Shown here one piece after another: positions 21,601 to 30,600 of a stretch of DNA of 64,000 bases. The notes beneath the pieces are model-generated. The model saw only the letters and a list, made by a program, of their open reading frames with translations, did no database searches and had not been told where the DNA came from. Where the stretch lies: positions 25,952 to 89,951 of the forward strand of contig CALWKD010000017.1 of the NCBI GenBank assembly GCA_944381175.1, written 5' to 3'. The position numbers and the translations under genes were made by a program. The DNA is from an uncultured Clostridia bacterium. Lineage in GTDB: Bacteria; Bacillota; Clostridia; Christensenellales; UBA1242. Every line of letters starts with the position of its first letter. The first letter of the stretch is position 1.

Positions 21601-24600
21601 GCACTTGCATTAAACGAAATTCCAGCATCTTCCTTAAACTCCACACTTATGTTGTAGAAAGAGGTTGAGGTTGCAAGTCCCGTCAATAATCCTATTGCCT
21701 TATAATTTCCGTCAGTATGAATAACTCCTGACGAAAGAGTCATTGATTTATTTATGACGACATTGATATCTCTGAAGATTGAAGCCTCCGCTTCATTGGA
21801 AACAATGCTGAATCCTGAATCCCCATCCGCTTCTTGTGGCTCCAGATAGAAATTCACGCCCTCAATTTGAGCTCCGTCTGAAATGCTTTCAAAAAGTTCT
21901 TGCTCCAAGATAATCCCGACCATATCACCGACATCTCCGCCGACAATTTGTCCGTCTTCAGTAATTGGAGCAGTCACTCGTCCGCCAGTCTCAGTGTTCA
22001 TATAATATTCGTATGAAACAAGTCTGCCTCTAAAGTTTTCGATAGTTGTGGCAATATCACGCCCATCAATCTGAGTTCCTGATTTTCTCAAGTCAATATC
22101 TGTCCTTGAGAGGTCGTTTTCATCATCAGTCACCCTCCCTCTCACGACAATTGTCAAAGAGGAATCTTCCATAGCGGCAAGCACTTCTTCTGTGTTGTAA
22201 ACATCCCAATATTGAACATTCACTTTCGGCAAAAGTTGGATAATCGGAAGAAGTGTGTTTTGTTCGTGACTCCAATATTTCTCATCCCAACCATTTGACA
22301 AGAAGTAATTTCTCATTCTTGCATAAGCAGAGGACATTTCTTGCAGTTCATCACTTCCGATGTGTTGCGCTTTAAGAATGACAGTGTCAAGAGCGGATGT
22401 GAAATCTCCCGAAACTGAAACTCTTCCAGCAAGACTCGCAAATCCAACTTCCTTCAATGTTGCTGTCACACTGCCCATCTCAATTTGCTTGTATCCGCCG
22501 ACAGTGTAAGACCCCATTGAAGTTCCAATCACAACCCCATCTCTCATATTCATTGCAATGTCATTTGTGGAATTTATGATATAGAAGCCAGACGGCAAAA
22601 TGGTGTTTTCGCTCATTATTTCATTTTCATCGGAGTCGAAGATTCTGCCGACAAGCATATAGTGTTTGTCACTCACATATCCAGTCAAACCAGTCGCAGG
22701 AGAATTCTCGTCTGCAGACAACGATGTCCCAAGATAAGAGTAATAATTCATTGCCATAACATTCTTCATTGCGACAGCCCCAGTCGAATTTCCATTCTTC
22801 TCAAGAGCACCAATGATTCCTCCAGAGAAACTAGTCTCGGAATATGTGTCACCAGAAGCATAAACCTCATAATAGAGGACAGTGACATCCATTTGTTGAG
22901 TCGTGAACCCGAGTGAGTATCTGGTTTGCGAAACTCCAGAAAGCCCGACAATGCCGCCGACAACAACCTCATTTGGATTTTCTGAGTTTGGAGTGTGAGC
23001 GATTACATTGAGTTTGTTGTAACCAACGTAAATATATCCTCCGCCCATATAACCAACAAGTCCACCTATGAAGAGAGGATTGTTTATTCTGGTCGAATAA
23101 TCTTCATCATTTTGAGTGTAAGAGAAGATAGAGAGTTGTCCTCTCTCCACAGAAGTGTTTTGATTGTAATAACTGTTTTCGTTTGTTTCAATTTCTGTTT
23201 GCAAATTCTCTTCATAACTTGCAGAGACCGCGAACAAACCGCCATAATTTTCACCAATCAACCCGCCAGCATAGAGATTTTTCGAGATGATGTAAGATGG
23301 ATTTACGCCTTGAGTTGAAAGTGCCATATTTTGATTTATTGTGACTGTTGCGTCATAAACGAGTGTCGATTTCCCGACATATCCAAAGAGTCCGCCAGCC
23401 ACTTCCGCATAGACATTCACAGAATCTGAAGCCCGAACGGTGACAACATCAAAATCGCTAGCCTCTCTTGATGTGGAGAATGTGACAGCACCCTCGTCTT
23501 GATTTTGATACATATCAACAAAACCAGCAATTGCACCCGCATAGGACAATCTCCCAACATTGTCTTTCAAAGAAGCACCATTGTCAAGATCCTCAACAAC
23601 AGACCTCAAGGTCTTGCCTCCCTCAATGTAGGAATCGTTTGCCCCAACAGTTTTGCCCTCTTCATAACTTTCAGAAGAAACGTCGACATCATTGACAGTT
23701 ATGTCACTCAGATAACTTTCTCCCAAAATCATTCCAACAACACCACCGACGATGTTGTGACCTTGAACAGCGATGCTCGCTCCCTCTTCGTCATTTTCTG
23801 ACGGAGACAGAGTTATGGACAAAATTCTGGAATCCAACGCCGTTCCTGCAAGCACACCAACCACATTCGCTTGAGTGTTGTGCACTGATTCGACAGTAAG
23901 GTCAAGATTCATAATGACAGCATTTTGAAGTCTTGCAAACAAGCCATAATTTTCGACACTTTCACTGCTTCCAAGACTTATGTCAGAAATCGTGAATCCA
24001 TTTCCGTCAAGAAGTCCTCTGAAAACCTTTTTGGATGTGGTAAGTTTGATTGTTCCCTCATCCTCAGCATCTTGAGCAATGTCAGTCATTTGGATGTTGT
24101 TCACAAGCCTATATCTTCCAGTCACTTCAGTATCAGTGTAATATTCCTTGTAAGCAGAAATCTCCGAGCCCGTCAAAGTCGCATTTCCTGTCGCCTTTGC
24201 AAAATCTTCCGCATTTCTGATGATGATTGGATTGTTTTCCCCGCCATAAGAAAGGTCAACATACTCAAGTGTGTCAGCGTTTCTTATGTTTCGGCTGTAG
24301 AAAATGCTTGTAACATTTCCAGTTGTTGTTGCATATCTGTTTGAAACAGCGATTTGATTTGCACTCACAAGAGTGATTCCGTCGTCAGTCATAACCCAAA
24401 TTCCGTCATAAGCACCGTCTGCAGAAGCAAAACTGAATCCATAGAAGGAGTCTTTTTCGTCAACCTCTGAAATTGAAATTGCACTCGTGGAGACTTTTGT
24501 TTGAATGGTCTCGTCGACACGACTTTTATTGTAGAAATAACTCAAAGAAATTGTTCCATTATTCAAAGAATTTCCAAAATCATCGACACCAGAGAATTGC

Positions 24601-27600
24601 ATTTGATTTACATCTTGCAATGCAATTTCGCAAGCAGCATAACAAAGTGAGATTGTTGCATTTTGGTTGTTCCTGTAAACAAATCCCGCAACCATTGCAC
24701 CTTTTGTTCTTGAGTTTTCAATGGCGATGTTTGAATAGGAATTTTTAACCAAAGAACTATTTTCATAAACAAAGCCAGAAATCACTCCAAGAGCCGAGAT
24801 GTTTGTGCCATTTTTGTAGACACTGTGCACAACATTTCCAAAAGAGTCTTCCTCAGGTTCTCCTTCAAGCCCCTCGACATAACTGCTTTGGATGCTCAAT
24901 GAGTTTCTGACAACAAAACCAGCGGTGATTGAGCCGTCATATTCCATAATATTGTCAATCTGTGCATTTTTAACAAATGATGCGCTGATATAGCCTGCAT
25001 TTTGATTTACAAAACCAGAAACCTCGCCTTGCCCTTCCAAGTAGAAGACGCCAAGCGACTGCGATTGAAGATAGTTCACTCCCTCGATGTCAACCACATG
25101 CATAACCGACTCGCCACCAACACGGCTGTTCATAATGGAGGAATTATTTTCAATCACAAACCCAGAAACCACGCTGTTTACATTGCTTGAGTATGAAAGG
25201 GCAATATAATCTGTGTTTGCACCTCTTGTATATTTGACAACCAATCCAGAATTTCCAGTGTTCCTTGAGATTTGGTAATTTTCATCATAATAGGAAACCA
25301 CTTCGCAGTTGTATATGACACCTTCATTTGTGATTGCAAAACCTGCAATTTGGATGTCTGTAAATTGGCGAATGTTGACCGCGATTTGCCCGCCGTTGTA
25401 GATATTCACTCTGACATTTCGCAGAGTCGTGTTTGATGTGACAGTGTCAAATAGAGCAAGTCTGAGAGTGGAACTTTCGGTATTTTGCCTGAAACTGTTT
25501 ATGTGAATTGTGAAGCCATTTCCGTCAAGACTGTCAATCAAATCTGTGCTCAGTGGAGTGTAATCTGAAAGAACAATATCGTTCATCAAGATGTAATCTC
25601 CCGCTTCTTCCGAATTTGTCGCATAATCAATAAATTCTTCTGCTGTTGTAATTTGCGTTGGAGTTTCTTCATCGCTCCAAACCTCCACCACAATCAAGAA
25701 GTAATAATCGTCGACAAGTTCGATGCCTTGATAATTGATGACCGTTCTGAGCCTCATAAGTTGGGTCCCAGCACGCTTTCCTGAAATCATAAGCCTTGTT
25801 GAGCCGTCAGAAAGTGTCTGTTCGCTTATGTTGAAATAATCATTTGGTGTGATTGTGTCTCTGTTTTCATTATATATAGCAGTTGAAGTGTCCTCGTCTG
25901 TCGCATACCAAAGTTGCTGTTTAAGTGTAATTGGATTGTAAGTTCCAGTGTCCTCGTCCAATGCATAGTTTATGTAATACCCGACATCTTCGTCATAGAA
26001 ATAGTTGTTTGTCAAGAAGTCTTCTCTGCTTTCCATCAACTTCTCAACTGCTTCCACTTGGTCTGCATCATTTCTGTCATAATTGTATTCTTCTGGAAGA
26101 ATTGGATAGTCGAAATGCAATTCGGAATTGTCATTCAAATATGCGTTAAACACATCATATGTTCTGCCGTTGTAAGTCCTCGTCCCACTGCTTCCCGAAA
26201 CAGATATTCCGTCGACATCCACTGAGAAATCCACCAAGCAAACTGTCGCCCTTGAGACTTTTATTTCCTGCTCGCCGTTGAGTTCTCTCGAAACGGAAGC
26301 ACAAACATAGAAGATTCCGCTCGTCTGATCGCCAACCAATTTCGCATCAACCCCAGCGATAAGTTGGGCAGTGTAAATTTTGTAGTTCCCAGAAGCAACC
26401 CAAGTTGGAGTTGTGAGAGTGATGTTTGACTCGTTGTTTTGGAGATACAAATTGTAAAGATTTTGGTCAATGCCGACTCTGACGGTGACAGTCGCCGTCT
26501 CACCTTTGCCAAGAAGATAAGTCGTGGCATCGTTGACCCTGACAACAGCATCTTGCAAATAATTTACTGACAATGTCTGACTTCCAGTGGCAAGCACTTG
26601 GTCACCATTGTAATATGTCACAACAAGTCTCACTCCGCTTGTTGAGGCGAATGAACTTGAGATGTAAAGTCTGAAGTAGAAAAGTCCATCTCCCGTCTTG
26701 TCCGCTTCGGTCAAGTTCACACGGATTCCATTTTCGATTGTGTTTGTGGAACTTGAATTCACATAATAGCCATACAGTGAGTTGTATGCAAGTTTTGAAA
26801 TTCCGACAGTTCCGACGCTTGTGCCTGAAACTTCATAAGTCAAAGTGAAATGCGTCATCAAAGCATATTGTGGTGTGACAGAGACAGAGATGATTGCATC
26901 TGAAGCAGGTGCAAGGGTATTCACAACCTCACTTGATGGCGTGAGATAGAGAATGGAGTTTCTTATTTGCCTTCTCTCCACTTTGTAAGTCGTTATGCTG
27001 AAATCTTCAATATCTTGAGTCTCAACTTTCAAATCAATGGTCTTCAAGCAGTTTGTGTTGTCTTGCTGGCTTTGAGCGTTTATCATAAGCACAAAGGAGT
27101 ATTCAGAAGAAACCAAATGCTTCTTGTCTTCGCTTACGCCGACCAAAACTCTGTATCTATGTTCATTTCCAACGCTTGAAACTTTTGCCCAAGACACATC
27201 CAAGGACAAGTTGCTGTCCACATCAAAACGATAAGAATTATCGCTTCCTGTCCCTCGAATCTCCACCTCTCCATATTGTAGAGTGAATACCAAATTGTCG
27301 CTTTCCTCGTCAGTCTTCAACTGAACATCAAACGACGCATATTCAGAAGGGCTGATGATGAGGTTGTTTGCATTTACAATGTCCAAACTCTCCGCACCTT
27401 CGTAAACTCTGACATCAAAGGTCCTCGAAATTTTGCTGTTCACAGCCTCCGCATAGTTTTCGTATCCCTCTTTTGCAGAGAGAGTGTTGTGTTCAAGATT
27501 TGTGTATATAGTTGTTCTGTCGTCATAGAGGTGTTTTTGAAGTCCCAAAAGCACAATTTTGTTCCCACTTCTTGTGACAGTCACATAATCTTTTGCTGTC

Positions 27601-30600
27601 GAATCTCCAACATACTCAAAATCAATGGTGTATCCGTCAGTTTGAAGAGCATATGCAGTCGTTCCGTTCAGATACAACGAACTCGTCGTATTGTAGGAAA
27701 TTGTTCTGCTTTGATTTCTTTGCAAAAGCACAACTTGTTCATCTTGAATTGGCACACCGTCAAGCACAGTGGAAAGTTGTGGCATCATATTGAGAATGAT
27801 AAACTTGAATGTCTTGATTTGTGTGAAATCCATTTTGGAATGAACACTGATGTCAAACTCGTTTATCGAAGTGCTTAAAAGTCTTATTGAATTTGAGGTG
27901 ATTGAAACGAGACTGCTGTCCGTCGTCAAAAGCAAACTTCTTGCTTGTTGTTCTGTCACTCCAAAGAGTTCTGCAAGGGAAATTGTGTTCAAGTTGTCGA
28001 GCATTGCCTTCTCACTTGCGTCCACAATTGTGCTTGTCGGATTGTACATAAACAACACGCCAGTCTCATATGTGACATCGCCGACAGTTTTATCACCCGC
28101 TGACAAAACTCTGTATCTTCCGTCGTTTTCGCTTGTCAAATCTTGGATGCCAATCTCGTCAATGTTCACTGCTGTGCTTTGAGAAACTGTCCTCAAATAA
28201 ATATACCCAAAATTGATGTCGCTGTCAGTTTTCTCCAAATTCCAAATGGTTGAATCCAGCCCAAGACCGTTTATTTTGTCCTCGTCCGTGTCGCTTCCGT
28301 CAAGCGTTATCTTGTTTGATGCAGTGCCATTTATATATTGCTCTGAAGAGTTCACAAAACTGTAGGTGACATTCTTGTATATATCTGAAACAACCTTGTC
28401 CTCATCTGCACCAAAATAGGAAACATAACTATTTTCAAGTGTGACATATTGGTTTGAAGCACTCGACAAGAAGACGTTTGAAACATTTCCAATATATCCA
28501 AAGGATTGAATAAATCTCGCCCCATTTGAACTTCCGCCCGCAAAGACGCCGACAAACCCGTTTGCACTTATTATGTTTTTGTAATTGTAATCAAAATTTG
28601 TTCCGTCAGCATTTGTCGTTGGCAAAGAATACGCATAAACATAAGATGTCCTCACGACGCTTGTGCCTCCAGCAAACCCTACGATTCCGCCGACATTTCC
28701 TGAAGAAGTTATAGTGTTAAATTCGCCCTGTCTCTCACTGCTCTTAAACCTATAGAACTCAAATCCAGTCCCTTCAATAAGCCCATTGTTCTCTCCGACA
28801 ATTCCGCCGACAAAAGTGCTTTGAGCGTTTATTGAAGCACCATAAACAAAGACATTTCTGATTGTTCCGTAGTTAAGTCCAGCGACAGCACCTGTGCGTT
28901 GGGTCGCGTAAGAAATCAATCTGCTTTCATAATACTCACTTGCGATATTTTCGTAATATACGTCAATCGCACAGCTTTCAATCAACCCGTCTTCTCCAAC
29001 TTCATTTGCAATAAATCCTGCACTTGCACCACCATTCGCAGTCACTTCCCCCACAAAAGTGAGGTCTTTGATTGTTCCCGAAAGGTTGTTCACAAATGCT
29101 TGACTTCCATTTGTAAATTTCAGCGTGACATTGGAGTCATTTCCATAAATCATACCACTCAAATTTGTATAAGACTGCCAGCCAGAGAGGGTAATGTCGT
29201 TCATAACTCTGTAATATTTAGCGGTATCGATAGCCTCCAAATCAGCCTGATTGTAAACCCTGATTGCCGTGCCTTCGCTGTTTCCGTCAGCAATGGTTAT
29301 GGCAATTCTCAAACTTATGTTGCTGTAATAAACCCTTTCGCCGTCATTATTTATGAAATAATTTGAAATATCTTGACTTCCATTGATAATCTCGTCATAT
29401 CTTTCATTCAAGTCTGACAAAGGAATGTAGAGCGAATTTTCTTTTATACTGCCAGTTTCGTCAGTTGTGTAGTTGTAGACCAAAATCTGTCGAACACCAT
29501 CGACATTCTTAACCATATCATTTGGCAAGAGATAAATATATCCTCTTCCGCCCTTGTCGGTGTTTATGTTCACATTGAAAATTTGCCCGATTGATGAGGT
29601 TGTGATTTTTATGTCATTTGTAGAACCGCTGAAAGCGTGATATACAGCAGTCAATCCAACATCATTTGCATCACTTGGCTCAACTGAAGTGGAAATTGTG
29701 AAATTCTTTTCGCTGGCATTTGAAGAGGTCAAATTCAAATAAATCTCGCCATCTGCCGTCCTATTCACCCACTGAACAGACTCCAAACGTTTTTCATTTT
29801 TGATTTCTATTTGAATTTCCGCCGTTCTGTAGAATCCGTGTTCTTCATCTGAGTAAACTACTCTCAAAATATCATTTACAGAAGTTTGCAAATTGGTTGA
29901 CTTCGCAGTAATTCTGAAAGTCAAGTTTCTCCCACCATTTGCAATTGTCACATTTGAAATTTCGTAATAATCATTTTTCCACAAAGAACTTGTCTCAGCA
30001 GAAAGTTCCTGCAGACCAGATTCAAATGAGAAATACTCAAGACTGTCGACATATGTTGGGATGTTGTCATCTTGACGCATTGTCAATGTGACATCCTCAA
30101 CAGAACGATTCATATCACTTATGCTGAGCGTATCCGCACTGTAAAGAAGAGTTGTCCTGACATTTGAAGAGAGATATCTAACAGAATAAAAACTCTCAAT
30201 TGCAAAAATTCTCACAAAGGTAATCGTTTCGTGCTCCTCGTTGTATCCTTCTGCCAGAATTGCAACAAAACCCTTAAAGTCAGAATTTGACAAGGTCAAC
30301 ATTGTTTGTGAAATTGAGAAAGGTGCATTTTCAAGCGTGTTGAAATACATATAAGGATTTGTAACTTGTCCTGCAAAATTTGTGATTGCATCAATTCCTT
30401 CGCTTGAAAACTTTTCATTTGCCAACTCCAGCAAAGCATCGTAATCATTTTCATAAGACAACCCTTCTTCAACCGCCATAAATCGCATAAATTGGTCGAA
30501 GGACATATAGCGATAAGAGATTCCATTCTCGGTTAAAGTCGCGTTTTGGACAGAGGTGGAAAGAGGAAGCGAAGCCCCTGCCTCAATCATAAGCCTAGAC